A stretch of 64,000 nucleotides of DNA, taken from positions 736,001-800,000 of the forward strand of contig CAWETU010000001.1 in assembly GCA_963812135.1 (NCBI GenBank), in the 5' to 3' direction. The first letter of the stretch is position 1; every line of letters begins with the position of its first letter. Under the pieces are notes generated by a model. It worked only from the letters and a program-made list of their open reading frames with translations. It had not been told where the DNA came from and did no database searches. Source of the DNA: Vulcanimicrobiota bacterium (lineage in GTDB: Bacteria; Vulcanimicrobiota; Vulcanimicrobiia; Eremiobacterales; Eremiobacteraceae). Below are positions 47,429 through 58,093 of this stretch, one piece after another. The position numbers and the translations under genes are program-made.

Positions 47429-47590
47429 GTAGCCGCGCGGTTCGCGCGCGAAAGACGCATCGCCTGGTGTGCCCGACGCTGCTGGCCACCAGATTCCAAG
47501 CAGCATCCTACGATGCGCGACTCCGATCGTGCACATAACTATAAGAAGAACGGCTCCCGCGCTCCCGCGGATTGATGCCGGGCGAATCGC

Positions 47591-47616
47591 TCATCCGAGG
47601 TTCATCGTGGTTCGTT
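47591..47616 (+). promoter_or_regulatory. Candidate SigK-type ECF promoter for the DUF4331 pair
   Basis: TCATCC-N16-CGTT resembles SigK-group CATCC/CG elements; divergent from the ECF gene. Confidence 0.4.
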
Positions 47617-47652
47617 AGGCGAGTGCACCCTTCTCGTCTAGGAGGCTATTTG

Positions 47653-48447
47653 ATGAACCGCAAGATGTTGCCCATAGCGGGCGGAGTCGCGTTTGCCGCA
47701 TTGGCGGGCGCGCTCTTCTTGTACACCGCGCATCCGGTGCGCGGCTCCGATCACCAAGACTCGCCCACCATGATCGCGCGACCGGGCGCGGACATCACCG
47801 ACGTGTTCGTGTTCCCGCCACCGACCGGCGGCGCAGAACAGAACAACAACGTCGTGCTGGTGATGAACGTGAACCCGCTGATCCCGATGGGGCAATCCGG
47901 CAGCTTCGCATTCGACCCCGCGGTCTTGTATCAATTCAAGATCGCGCTCGGCAGCGACACGGCCGAAGACCTCGTCATCCAGTTCAAGGCCAACGCATCT
48001 GGAACCGCGCAGACGCTGACGATGTACGGACCGGCGAAGCCGAACGTCGCCGGCACAACGTCCATGCTCGTCGCGTCCACGGGATCATTCGGCTTCAACA
48101 CGCCGGCGACGCTCACGCTCAACGGCAAACAGATCCAGGTCTTCGCCGGACCGCGCGAGGACCCGTTCTTCTTCGACCTCGCGCGCTTCTTCATGATCAT
48201 CCCGGATCGCAACTACCAGAACCAGCCGAATCCGCCGCCGGCGACCGCGTCGTCGTTCCGCGGCTTCCCGAACGCGGGCAACACGACGACCTGCGACCAC
48301 ACCGCCTCGCAAGATTTCTTGTCGAGCAATGGTTTCAACGTCCTGTCATTGGTCGTCGAGCTGCCGCGCACGCTGCTCGCGCCCACGTCCGGCGTTCCCG
48401 GCGTCATCAAGGTGTGGGCGACCAGCAGCACCACGTCAGGCTCATAG
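47653..48447 (+). CDS. DUF4331-family exported protein (N-terminal part)
   Basis: SDHQDSP, ADITDVFVF, FAGPREDPFFFDL, NVLSLVVELP; GGAGG RBS. Confidence 0.85.
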   Translation: MNRKMLPIAGGVAFAALAGALFLYTAHPVRGSDHQDSPTMIARPGADITDVFVFPPPTGGAEQNNNVVLVMNVNPLIPMGQSGSFAFDPAVLYQFKIALGSDTAEDLVIQFKANASGTAQTLTMYGPAKPNVAGTTSMLVASTGSFGFNTPATLTLNGKQIQVFAGPREDPFFFDLARFFMIIPDRNYQNQPNPPPATASSFRGFPNAGNTTTCDHTASQDFLSSNGFNVLSLVVELPRTLLAPTSGVPGVIKVWATSSTTSGS

Positions 48448-48461
48448 GAGGTTTGAAACAC

Positions 48462-49049
48462 ATGCGCATCATCACTCTGTTCGGGCTCGGTGCCGTCGTG
48501 ATCGCCTCCGTGGCGGCCGCAGCGTGTTCGAGCAGCTCGACAAGCACCAATCCCACCACGCAATCATATACGCAGATCGAACGCCTCGCCCGTCCGGCCG
48601 TCAAAGAAGCGTTTGAGGCGTACCAACGCCACGATCAGACGAACAGAAGCTCGCCGTTCGCCGATCCGATCTTGCCGGGCGACATCACGGCGTTCATGAC
48701 GGGACCGAGCAGCGTCGCGAATCGGTCGGCCGGGACCGCCACCGCGCTGGTCGGCGTGCTCATTCCCGACGTCATGATCTCCGATCTGTCGCAGTCGGGC
48801 GTCGGCGCCGCATATCTCGGCGTTGAGACCGGCGGCGCCACCGGCAGCAAGTTCGGCGGCCGCGGATTGCATGACGACGTCATCGCCACCGACTTGAGCG
48901 CGATCTTCGGAAACACGCTCTCGGCGCTCGGCCTCGTGGCCGACGATGGCGCGGAATCGCCGTGCCTTGCGAACGACAACGTGCCGTATGGCAGCAGCGG
49001 CGGCAAACACGACACTACGACATTCCCCTACGTCGGGGCTCCACGTTAG
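48462..49049 (+). CDS. DUF4331-family lipoprotein (C-terminal-like part)
   Basis: Lipobox AAAC; TQIERLARPAV, GRGLHDDVI, FPYVGAP; own AGGAGG RBS. Confidence 0.8.
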   Translation: MRIITLFGLGAVVIASVAAAACSSSSTSTNPTTQSYTQIERLARPAVKEAFEAYQRHDQTNRSSPFADPILPGDITAFMTGPSSVANRSAGTATALVGVLIPDVMISDLSQSGVGAAYLGVETGGATGSKFGGRGLHDDVIATDLSAIFGNTLSALGLVADDGAESPCLANDNVPYGSSGGKHDTTTFPYVGAPR

Positions 49050-49072
49050 AGCATACCAACGTACGAGCAACC

Positions 49073-49108
49073 GGGCGGGCGTCAGGCGACGCCCGCCCTT
49101 CTCTTTTT
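49073..49108 (+). terminator. Intrinsic terminator
   Basis: GGGCGGGCGTC-aggc-GACGCCCGCCC then TTCTCTTTTT. Confidence 0.85.
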
Positions 49109-49275
49109 GCCCGAACAGCCGCTCGAAGTAGAAATTTCGTCCGGCGGGACGACAGAATCGGCAAATCTCGTCATATCCGTCCCTGCCGGCCCTAGACGTT
49201 TGGCCCTCGGGTATCGAATACGTACTATCGCCCTCGGGGCGACCTACCAGAGCCAACGTCAGGAAAACCCACAAC

Positions 49276-50571
49276 ATGCCCCCGCGCAAGAAAACCAGCG
49301 CCCCGGTCAGCCATCGACTGCGCAATGGTCTCCGCGTCGTCACCACGCACACGCCCGATTCGGGCACGCTGAGCGTCTCGCTCGCGCTGCGCGCGGGATC
49401 GCTCTACGACCCGCCGCATGCGAACGGCCTCGCCCATTTCTTGGAGCACTTGATCTTCAAAGCCACCGCGGACTACTCGCGCCAGGAGCTGGCCGCGGCG
49501 ATGCAGCGGTGCGGCAATCGCTTCGATCCGTCGACCAACAAAGAACTGATCTCGATCTCGGGCAGCGTGCCGGTCGCGAAGACCGAGCTGGCGCTCGACC
49601 TCATCAGCAGCGTCGCCCGCCGGCCGCTGCTCGATCCAAAAGATTTCGAGACCGAGCGCAACGTCGTGCTCGAGGAGCTGCGCGATTGGGAGGATGACCC
49701 GAGCAAGCGGATCGAGGTCCTCAGCGACGCCGCGCTGTGGGGCTCGCACCCGCTTGGCCGTGACATCGGCGGCACGCGCGCGACGGTGCGCGAGATCTCG
49801 CGCGCACAGGTACGGAATTTCCACCGGCGTTTCTTCCACCCGCGCAACGCGGTGCTCAGCCTCGCCGGGCCGTTGAGCCAGCCCGCGCTGGTCGATGCCG
49901 CCACGCGACACTTCGGATCGTGGCGAGCGGCGCCGACGGCAATCGTGGCGGTCCCGCCGCGGCATGCGTCCTATCAGCCATCGATGAGCCGCGGCCGGCG
50001 CGCGAAGACGCTGCGCCGCGCGAACTCGCAGCAAGTGTGGTTCTCGATCTCGACGACGACGCCGTCATACCCCGACGGCTACGACGCGGTGCTGCGCACG
50101 CAGCTCGCCCAGACGATGATCGGCGAAGGCGACGGCAGCCGGCTGTGGGATGGCCTGCGCGAAAAGCTCGGCTTGGCGTACGAGGTGTACACCACACAGG
50201 ATTTCTATGGCAGCGTTGGTGTGATGAGCGCGATGGCCGCGGTCGGACGCGGCCGCGCCGCGGTCGCTATGCGCGAGATGCGACGCATCTTGGAAGAGAC
50301 GCGCCACGGTTTCTCGACCGATGAGTTCGACCGCGGACGCGAAGCGTTCGCCTCGCAGATCCAGCTGTACTCCGAATGGAACGGCGAGCTCGCGCGCCGG
50401 TATGCCGAGCTGTCGCTCTTCGACCAGCCGCTGATCACGCCGCAGCAAGAGCTCGACATGCTCGCGACGCTGCGCGCGTCGGATTTCAACGACTTCATCA
50501 AGGAGAAGATCCGTTGGGATTCAGGTACGCTGTGCGCGATTGGAGCAGGCTCCGCTCTGGAGGCGATGTAG
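49276..50571 (+). CDS. M16 (pitrilysin) family zinc peptidase
   Basis: LRNGLRV, GLAHFLEHLIFK, ERNVVLEE, SRLWDGLREKLGLAY. Confidence 0.9.
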   Translation: MPPRKKTSAPVSHRLRNGLRVVTTHTPDSGTLSVSLALRAGSLYDPPHANGLAHFLEHLIFKATADYSRQELAAAMQRCGNRFDPSTNKELISISGSVPVAKTELALDLISSVARRPLLDPKDFETERNVVLEELRDWEDDPSKRIEVLSDAALWGSHPLGRDIGGTRATVREISRAQVRNFHRRFFHPRNAVLSLAGPLSQPALVDAATRHFGSWRAAPTAIVAVPPRHASYQPSMSRGRRAKTLRRANSQQVWFSISTTTPSYPDGYDAVLRTQLAQTMIGEGDGSRLWDGLREKLGLAYEVYTTQDFYGSVGVMSAMAAVGRGRAAVAMREMRRILEETRHGFSTDEFDRGREAFASQIQLYSEWNGELARRYAELSLFDQPLITPQQELDMLATLRASDFNDFIKEKIRWDSGTLCAIGAGSALEAM

Positions 50572-50609
50572 CGGTCGAATTTATTCGATCGTTCGAGTTT
50601 ACTCGACCG
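50568..50609. repeat. GTAG-type REP-like palindrome(s) between convergent genes
   Basis: GTAGCGGTCGAATTTATTCGATCG plus partial TCGAGTTTACTCGACCG; matches 16529-16582. Confidence 0.6.
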
Positions 50610-51213
50610 AGCGGGCGGCCTCGACGATCAACTTCGCAGCCGCTTCGATCCCGAATCGAGCGGTGTTGACGACGAGGTCGTAGTGGCGCGGATCGCGCCA
50701 ATCGACGACGTTGTAGAATTCCTTGAAATACTCGCCCCGGTGCTGATCCGACTTGCGCAGCTCTTTGAGCGCCTCGTCCGCCGATAAGCCCAGTCGCCGC
50801 TCTATCCGCGCGACGCGATCCGCCTGCGGCGCAGTGACGAAGACGCGCACCACGTCGGTCCGGTCTTTGAGCAGTATCGGCGCGCCGCGGCCGATCACCA
50901 CGAGCGACTCGCTCGCCGCGCGCTCTTTGATGATGGTCTCGGTGAGCTCAACGAGACGCTCTTCAGACCAGTCAGGCAGGCCTTGGGACGAGAGCGACTC
51001 GGGATACGCTGCGGTGATGCCGCGCAGCACGCGATCGGTGAAGCTTTCGGGCTGCTCGTCGCGCTCGGCGACGTACGACGCCGGCGCGCCGATGCGTTGC
51101 GCGACGAGATTGACGATCTCGTTGTCGAGCAGCGGGATGCGCAGCGCGGCCGCGACTGCATCGCCGACGCTGCGGCCGCCGGCGCCCAGCTCGCGCGCGA
51201 TGGCGACGATCAC
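50599..51213 (-). CDS. Cytidylate kinase-like family protein
   Basis: VAIARELGAGGR, VVIGRGA, YDLVVNT; GTG overlaps upstream stop. Confidence 0.85.
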   Translation of the reverse strand: MIVAIARELGAGGRSVGDAVAAALRIPLLDNEIVNLVAQRIGAPASYVAERDEQPESFTDRVLRGITAAYPESLSSQGLPDWSEERLVELTETIIKERAASESLVVIGRGAPILLKDRTDVVRVFVTAPQADRVARIERRLGLSADEALKELRKSDQHRGEYFKEFYNVVDWRDPRHYDLVVNTARFGIEAAAKLIVEAARSVE

Positions 51214-51488
51214 GGCGCGTGCGCGAGCAGTTTGCCGCCTTCGCGTTTCATGGCGTCGATCGCGACGCGCCGCTCGATCTTCGCGCGCGACACATCGAGC
51301 GAGACGATCCAACGCAGATCGTCGCGCTGATTGTCGCCGGGCCGCGGCGCGCGCGGTTGTCCGCCGGGCGGCACGGCGAATACGCCGATCGCATCCGGCT
51401 CGATGCCCTGATTGCGAAACCAGTCGATCGCGGCGGTGGCGTACCGCATCTGTGGGAACTCGGCGACGACGACCTGCGATTGTGCCAT
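51210..51488 (-). CDS. Small hypothetical protein
   Basis: 92 codons; GGAG RBS; coupled to the downstream gene. Confidence 0.6.
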   Translation of the reverse strand: MAQSQVVVAEFPQMRYATAAIDWFRNQGIEPDAIGVFAVPPGGQPRAPRPGDNQRDDLRWIVSLDVSRAKIERRVAIDAMKREGGKLLAHAP

Positions 51489-51573
51489 ATGTCGGCGCTC
51501 CCATTTCGCACGGGCGGGACCCCGCCCTCCGCTCCGATAATGTAGTCCCGCCCTCTTGAGGGCGGGAGAGGAT

Positions 51574-53025
51574 ATGGCAGGCAAGACGCCCATCACGGTC
51601 GCGTACGGCGACGGAATCGGTCCGGAGATCATGAACGCGACGCTCGACGTGCTCAAAGCGGCGGGCGCGCAAATCGAGCTCGACGTCATCGAGATCGGCG
51701 AGAAGGTCTATCTCGCAGGCAATCCTGCCGGCATCGCTCCCGAGGCGTGGGAATCGCTGCGCCGCACCAAAGTCTTCCTCAAAGCGCCCATCACGACGCC
51801 GCAAGGCGGCGGCTACAAGAGCCTCAACGTCACGACGCGCACCGCGCTCGGCCTGTACGCCAACGTGCGCCCGTGCGTCTCGTACGCCCCGTACGTGAAG
51901 ACCAAGCATCCGGTGATGGATGTCGTGATCGTGCGTGAGAACGAAGAAGACGTCTACGGCGGCATCGAGTACCAACAGACGCACCAGATGACGCAGGCGC
52001 TCAAGCTCATCTCGCGGCCGGGCAGCGAGCGCATCGTGCGCTACGCATTCGAGTACGCACGCCGCAACGATCGCAAGAAAGTCACCTGTTTCACCAAAGA
52101 CAACATCCTCAAACTGACCGACGGGCTGTTCCACAAGATCTTCGAAGCGGTCGCCAAAGAGTATCCGGAGATCGAGCACGAGCATTGGATCGTCGACATC
52201 GGCGCGGCCAAACTCGCCGACACGCCTGAAGCGTTCGACGTGCTCGTCCTGCCGAATCTGTACGGCGACATCCTCTCCGACGTCGCCGCGCAGATCACGG
52301 GTTCTGTTGGCCTCGCCGGCTCGGCGAACATCGGCGAGGTCTGCTCGATGTTCGAGGCGATTCACGGCTCGGCGCCGCGGCGCGCGGGGCAAAACGTCGC
52401 CAACCCCTCGGGCCTGATGCTCGCGGCGGTGATGATGTTGGTGCACATCCGCCAGACCGATGTGGCGACAAAAATGCACAACGCGTGGCTGCGCACGATC
52501 GAAGACGGCATCCACACGTATGACATCTATCGCGAAGGCACCAGCAAGCAGAAAGTCGGCACGCGTGAGTTCGCGCAGGCGGTGGTCGAGCGGCTCGGGC
52601 AAAAGCCGCAACACCTCAAGGTTGTCTCATACAAAGACGTTCCAACGGAGAAGTCTCCGGCGTTCGCCGCGATGGCGACGGACAAACGGAAAAAGGCGCA
52701 GGTCGGCGTCGACGTCTATCTCGATTGGTCCAAGGGCACGCCGGATGATCTTGCCGCGACGCTCGCGCCGGCCGCCGGACAAGAGCTCGAACTCAAAGCG
52801 ATACTCAACCGCGGCACGCGTGTGTGGCCTAAAGGCTTCCCCGAGACATTGTGCACCGACCAGTGGCGCTGCCGTTTCGTCGCGCGATCGGGCGGCGAGG
52901 TCTCGCACCGTCAGATCATCGAGCTGCTGGGACGAATCGCGGGTGCTGGATTCGATTTCATCCAGACCGAGGCGCTCTGCACGTTCGACGGCGAGGCCGC
53001 ATTCTCGGGAATCCCGGGCGAGTAG
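51574..53025 (+). CDS. icd: NADP-dependent isocitrate dehydrogenase with C-terminal extension
   Basis: GDGIGPEI, KAPITTPQGGGYKSLNV, NLYGDILSD, FEAIHGSAP. Confidence 0.95.
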   Translation: MAGKTPITVAYGDGIGPEIMNATLDVLKAAGAQIELDVIEIGEKVYLAGNPAGIAPEAWESLRRTKVFLKAPITTPQGGGYKSLNVTTRTALGLYANVRPCVSYAPYVKTKHPVMDVVIVRENEEDVYGGIEYQQTHQMTQALKLISRPGSERIVRYAFEYARRNDRKKVTCFTKDNILKLTDGLFHKIFEAVAKEYPEIEHEHWIVDIGAAKLADTPEAFDVLVLPNLYGDILSDVAAQITGSVGLAGSANIGEVCSMFEAIHGSAPRRAGQNVANPSGLMLAAVMMLVHIRQTDVATKMHNAWLRTIEDGIHTYDIYREGTSKQKVGTREFAQAVVERLGQKPQHLKVVSYKDVPTEKSPAFAAMATDKRKKAQVGVDVYLDWSKGTPDDLAATLAPAAGQELELKAILNRGTRVWPKGFPETLCTDQWRCRFVARSGGEVSHRQIIELLGRIAGAGFDFIQTEALCTFDGEAAFSGIPGE

Positions 53026-53026
53026 C

Positions 53027-53773
53027 CTACTTCAAACGATAGCCGATTCCGACGTACGGCCCGTCGCGCACGAAATTGAACGTGCCCGTGCGCCGCACGT
53101 TCGTCGTCTGATAGTATCCCAACACGAGACTCAAGTCGGTTTTGGGAAATGCCAGCGACCCGCCGACATCGAGTTCGTTGGCGGAGAACTCCGAGTGGGC
53201 GGAGCCGCTGTTCGGGTTGTTCGGATCCGCGAGCGGATAGGTGCCTGACTGATTCGGGAAATAGAAGAACGAAGCGTACGGGCTGATCAGTTTTTGCGGA
53301 TTCGGCTGCAACTCGGCCCCGATGCCCAGTGCGGTGAGGCGCGGGAAGTTGTAGTTGTTAAACGAGTTGGAATACGCGAATCCGAAATAGACCGGCAGAT
53401 GCAGAGGTTGGTACTCGAGACGGAACTCTGACTCCGCGTCGGTCGCGGTGAACGCCGGCACGATGACCGTGCCTGCGGGATAATTGAGCGCCGTGCCAGG
53501 GCCACCCGACGGCGTCGTCGCGTTCACCAAGCTTCTCGAAAGATCGCTGTGATAGCTGTATTGTGCGGTAAAGCGGCCGTAGTCGATACGCACCTTCGCG
53601 GCGTACGAACCGGCCAGGTTATCGCCATCGTCGGTCGTGACGCCGTTGTACGTATCGCCGTACAGGGGCGTGTATTGGAGATACGAGGACGGCGATAACG
53701 CGTTCGCCGCTTGCGCCGGCAGCGCGCAGAGCGTCATCAATAGCACGAAAAGCAGAGCGGCGTTCAAACGCAT
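53027..53773 (-). CDS. Putative outer-membrane beta-barrel protein
   Basis: Signal peptide; Tyr/Phe-rich amphipathic strands; C-terminal GPYVGIGYRLK. Confidence 0.65.
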   Translation of the reverse strand: MRLNAALLFVLLMTLCALPAQAANALSPSSYLQYTPLYGDTYNGVTTDDGDNLAGSYAAKVRIDYGRFTAQYSYHSDLSRSLVNATTPSGGPGTALNYPAGTVIVPAFTATDAESEFRLEYQPLHLPVYFGFAYSNSFNNYNFPRLTALGIGAELQPNPQKLISPYASFFYFPNQSGTYPLADPNNPNSGSAHSEFSANELDVGGSLAFPKTDLSLVLGYYQTTNVRRTGTFNFVRDGPYVGIGYRLK

Positions 53774-53867
53774 GACTTGACCGACGTTTGGTTCGCCGCT
53801 CACATGAATCCTTGGGACAAACGGCGCGGGATAGGCGCGCATGCGACTCATGACGAAACCCGGCATT

Positions 53868-56638
53868 ATGGCGAGCATCGATACGTTCAAGAGCAATGCG
53901 GCGCTCGACGTCGATGGCAAGCGCTCGACCTATTACCGGCTCGGCGCGCTGAGCGACGCCGGCGTCGGACACGTCGACAAGCTGCCGTTCTCCCTCAAAG
54001 TGCTGCTCGAGAACATGCTGCGCTTCGAAGATGGACGCTCGGTGACCAAAGAGCACATCGAAGCGCTCGCCTCGTGGGATCCGAAACGCCCGTCCGACCG
54101 CGAGATCGCCTTCCGGCCGGCGCGCGTGCTGCTCCAAGACTTCACCGGCGTGCCCTGCGTCGTCGATCTTGCCGCCATGCGCGACGCGATGGCCGATCTC
54201 AAAGGTGACCCGAACAAGATCAACCCGCTGCAAGACGTCGAGCTCGTGATCGACCACTCGGTCCAAGTCGACGCATACGGATCGCTCAACGCGTTCCAGA
54301 TCAACGCGGACATGGAGTTCGCGCGCAATCGCGAGCGCTACCAGCTGCTCAAGTGGGCGCAAGAGGCGTTGCGCCGGTTCAAAGCATTGCCGCCGGATAC
54401 CGGCATCGTGCACCAGGTCAATCTCGAGTATCTCGCGCGCGTCGTGTTCAAAGAGGAGCAGAACGGCGAGTCGGTCGCGTATCCGGACACGCTCGTCGGC
54501 ACCGACTCGCACACCACGATGGTCAACGGGCTGGGCGTCTTGGGCTGGGGCGTCGGCGGCATCGAAGCCGAGGCAGCGATGCTCGGGCAGCCCGTCTCGA
54601 TGTTGATCCCAGAGGTGATCGGCTTCCGGCTCAGCGGCAGACTGCCCGAAGGCGCGACCGCGACCGACCTCGTGCTCACCGTGACGGAGATGCTGCGCAA
54701 GAAAGGCGTCGTCGGAAAATTCGTCGAGTTCTTCGGCGCAGGGCTGAGCAATCTCAGTCTGGCGGATCGCGCGACGATCGGCAACATGTCGCCAGAGTAC
54801 GGTTCTACCTGTGCGATCTTCCCAGTCGACGAGGAGACGCTCAAGTATCTGCGTCTCACCGGCCGCAGCGAGGCACACATCGCGCTCGTACGCGCGTACG
54901 CCCAAGCGCAAGGCATGTTCCGCACCGACGCAAACCAGCGACGCGCTGTACACCGACGTGCTCTCGCTCGACCTCGGCGACGTCGAGCCTAGCCTTGCCG
55001 GCCCTCGACGGCCGCAAGACCGCGTGCCGTTGCGCTCCGCCAAAGAGGCCTTCGACAAAGCGATGGCTGGATTCGCCGAAGGCCGGCTCCGCTCCGAAGA
55101 CGCCTGCGGTCGCCGCCGAACGGTGGGCGGAGGAAGGCGGCAGCGTGCTCACCGCGCAGCAGGCGCGCCGCCGCGCACATTACACGGGCCCCAACGGCGA
55201 AGAGGCCGAGCTGTGCGACGGATCGGTCGTCATCGCCGCGATCACGAGTTGCACGAACACGTCGAACCCGAATGTGATGGTTGGCGCCGGTCTGCTCGCG
55301 AAGAAAGCTGTTGAGCGCGGGCTCGCGTCGCAGCCCTGGGTGAAGACCAGCCTCGCGCCCGGCTCGAAAGTCGTCACCGACTATCTGCAAAAAGCCGGCC
55401 TGACGCCGTATCTCGAGCAGCTCGGTTTCTATCTCGTCGGCTACGGCTGCACCACATGCATCGGCAACAGCGGACCGCTCGCCGAGCCTATCAGCAACAC
55501 GATCACCGACCACGATCTGGTCGTGTGCGCGGTGCTGTCGGGCAACCGCAATTTCGAAGGCCGCATCCACCCGCTCGTGCGCGCGAACTACCTCGCGTCG
55601 CCGCCATTGGTCGTCGCGTACGCGCTCGCGGGCACGATGGAGATCGATCTTCTCAACGAGCCGCTCGGCCGCGACGCCGGCGGCACGCCCGTCTACCTGC
55701 GCGACATATGGCCGTCGTCGGCCGAGATCAATGCGACCGTGGCGGCGTGCGTGGCCGACGCGATGTTCAAACGCCAGTACGCCGACGCGTTCGGCGGCGA
55801 CGAGCGCTGGAAATCGCTCCACGTCCCCGAGGGCGAGCGTTTCGCGTGGGATCCAAACTCGACGTACGTGCGCAAGCCGCCGTTCTTCGACGGCGTCAAC
55901 GCACAGCCGCCGCCGTTGCGCGATATCAAAGGCGCTCGCGTGCTCGCCCTGCTCGGCGATAGCGTGACGACGGATCACATCTCGCCTGCCGGCAACATCG
56001 CGAAGAACAGCCCCGCGGGCAAGTATCTCATCGCGCATGGCGTCGAGCCGCTGGATTTCAATTCGTATGGCGCGCGCCGAGGCAATCACGAGGTGATGGT
56101 GCGCGGCACGTTCGCCAACGTCCGGCTGCGCAATCTCCTTGCGCCCGGCACTGAGGGTGGCGTCACGCGGCACTTGCCCGACGGCAAAGAGATGACGATT
56201 TACGACGCTGCCATGCAATACGAGCGCGAAGGCACACCGCTCATCGTCATCGCCGGCAAAGAGTACGGTTCGGGTTCGTCGCGCGACTGGGCCGCGAAAG
56301 GGCCACGCTTGCTCGGCGTGCGCGCGGCGATCGCTGAGAGCTTCGAGCGCATCCACCGGAGCAACCTGATCGGCATGGGCGTGCTGCCGTTGCAGTTCGA
56401 AGCCGGCCAATCGGCCGCGTCGCTCGGGCTCACCGGCGAGGAGCTCTACACGATCGAGGGCATCTCAGACGGGATGAGCGTCGGCAAGCAGTTCAGCGTG
56501 CGAGCCACCGCGCCCGACGGAACCCACACGACGTTCAAGGTAAAGGTCAGGATCGACACGCCGGACGAGGTCGAGTACTACCGGAACGATGGCATCCTTC
56601 CATATGTCTTGCGGCAATTGCACGCCGCCAAGGGCTAG
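53868..56638 (+). CDS. acnA: Aconitate hydratase A, two apparent +1 frameshifts (~54933 and ~55076)
   Basis: [17 protein letters not shown] / [12 protein letters not shown] / [36 protein letters not shown] spread over three successive frames. Confidence 0.93.
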
Positions 56639-56667
56639 CCGTCCGGGACAACGAACCCCGCCAACGC

Positions 56668-57084
56668 ATGTTCGTCAGGTGGTCCCTCGCGCTCGCCATC
56701 ATTTTAGTCACCCTCGCAGCCGCGGCGCCAGCGACCCGAGCATCAGCCTGCGTGGTCACGCAGGGCGACCGCATCGTGCTTGCCGGGCAAAGTCTCGACC
56801 CGGACGTGTTCGTTTGGGATTCGGCCCAACGTCTCACTTCGTACCTCGAGGGCGATTACACGACGGAGCTTGTCCTGCGCCACACAATGCTCGCCTCTCC
56901 CGGGACAAAAGCGATCGCCGTCGGTTGCAAGGAGGGGGCGGCCAAACCGCAATATGCAAAGTCAAATCTCGACCTCGTCGGCGTGAAGCTTGTCGAGGGG
57001 CCGAATCGGGGACGCTACGGCTGGGTCGTGGCGGACGATGTCCACCGGCCCGACGGCAAACCGGTCACCCCGCCTACACCGTAA
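56668..57084 (+). CDS. Hypothetical exported protein
   Basis: Signal peptide; 138 aa; two Cys. Confidence 0.65.
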   Translation: MFVRWSLALAIILVTLAAAAPATRASACVVTQGDRIVLAGQSLDPDVFVWDSAQRLTSYLEGDYTTELVLRHTMLASPGTKAIAVGCKEGAAKPQYAKSNLDLVGVKLVEGPNRGRYGWVVADDVHRPDGKPVTPPTP

Positions 57085-57099
57085 TACAATAGATACGAC

Positions 57100-58083
57100 A
57101 TGCTGACATACGCCATCCGCCGCACCTTACAAGCCATCCCGCTCTTGCTGCTGATAAGCATGGTGTTATTTGCTATTTTGCACGCGATGCCGGGTGGCGG
57201 GCTCGCCGCGTACGCCGGCAATCCGCACCTCACCGCGGCCGACATCGCGCGTCTGCAGCACAATCTCGGCCTGGACCGGCCGGTGTACATCCAGTACCTG
57301 AGCTGGTTGGGGAAGGTGTTGCACGGCGATTGGGGATGGTCGAATCTCAATTCGACCACGGTCGTCGAGGCGTTCGCGGAGCGCCTGCCGGCGACGCTCA
57401 CGCTGATGGTGACGTCCTTCATTATCTCGCTCTTCATCGGCTTGACGCTCGGCATCCTCGCCGCGATCCGGCCGTATTCGACGCTCGACTACTTCGTGAC
57501 GACCTTCGCGTTCTTCGGACAGTCGATGCCATCGTTCTTCTTCGCGCTGATCCTGCAGCTGCTGTTCTGCGTGCACGGCATCCACCTCCAAGCGTTCGGC
57601 TACGCGCTCAACATCCAGCTGCCATCGGCCGGCATGACATCGACGGATGGCGGCGACATCCTCGATCGCATCTCGCACCTCATCCTGCCCGTGACCGTGC
57701 TGACGCTGTTGCAGGTCGCGACGTGGTCGCGGTTCACGCGCGCCTCGATGCAAGAGGTGCTGCACACCGACTACATGCGCACCGCGGCCGCCAAGGGTCT
57801 CCCGTTTATGACGATTTTGCTCAAGCACGGCCTGAAGAACGGATTGATGCCGGTGGTCACCATCATCGCGCTCACCATTCCGTTCCTGATCGGCGGCGCG
57901 ATCGTGACCGAGCAGATCTTCGCGTGGCCGGGCATGGGGCGCTTGTTCATCACCGCGCTCGGGCAACAAGACTTCGGCCTGCTGATGGGTTACTTGGTCA
58001 TCATCTCGATCTTGGTGGTCCTCTTCAACTTGCTCGCGGATCTGGCGTATGGCTGGCTCGACCCGCGCGTGAAGTACGACTAG
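57100..58083 (+). CDS. Peptide/nickel ABC transporter permease (DppB/OppB)
   Basis: GLDRPVYIQY, DYMRTAAAKGL, EQIFAWPGMG, WLDPRV. Confidence 0.93.
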   Translation: MLTYAIRRTLQAIPLLLLISMVLFAILHAMPGGGLAAYAGNPHLTAADIARLQHNLGLDRPVYIQYLSWLGKVLHGDWGWSNLNSTTVVEAFAERLPATLTLMVTSFIISLFIGLTLGILAAIRPYSTLDYFVTTFAFFGQSMPSFFFALILQLLFCVHGIHLQAFGYALNIQLPSAGMTSTDGGDILDRISHLILPVTVLTLLQVATWSRFTRASMQEVLHTDYMRTAAAKGLPFMTILLKHGLKNGLMPVVTIIALTIPFLIGGAIVTEQIFAWPGMGRLFITALGQQDFGLLMGYLVIISILVVLFNLLADLAYGWLDPRVKYD

Positions 58084-58093
58084 GAGTCTGACA

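Noticed and set aside
50599..52614. 671-aa minus-strand ORF
   Set aside because: Mostly antisense shadow of icd; only the last 204 codons (from GTG 51213) look like a real gene
53868..56638. acnA as pseudogene or programmed frameshift
   Set aside because: All catalytic motifs intact, no slippery heptamer seen, and the same insertion pattern occurs elsewhere in the window
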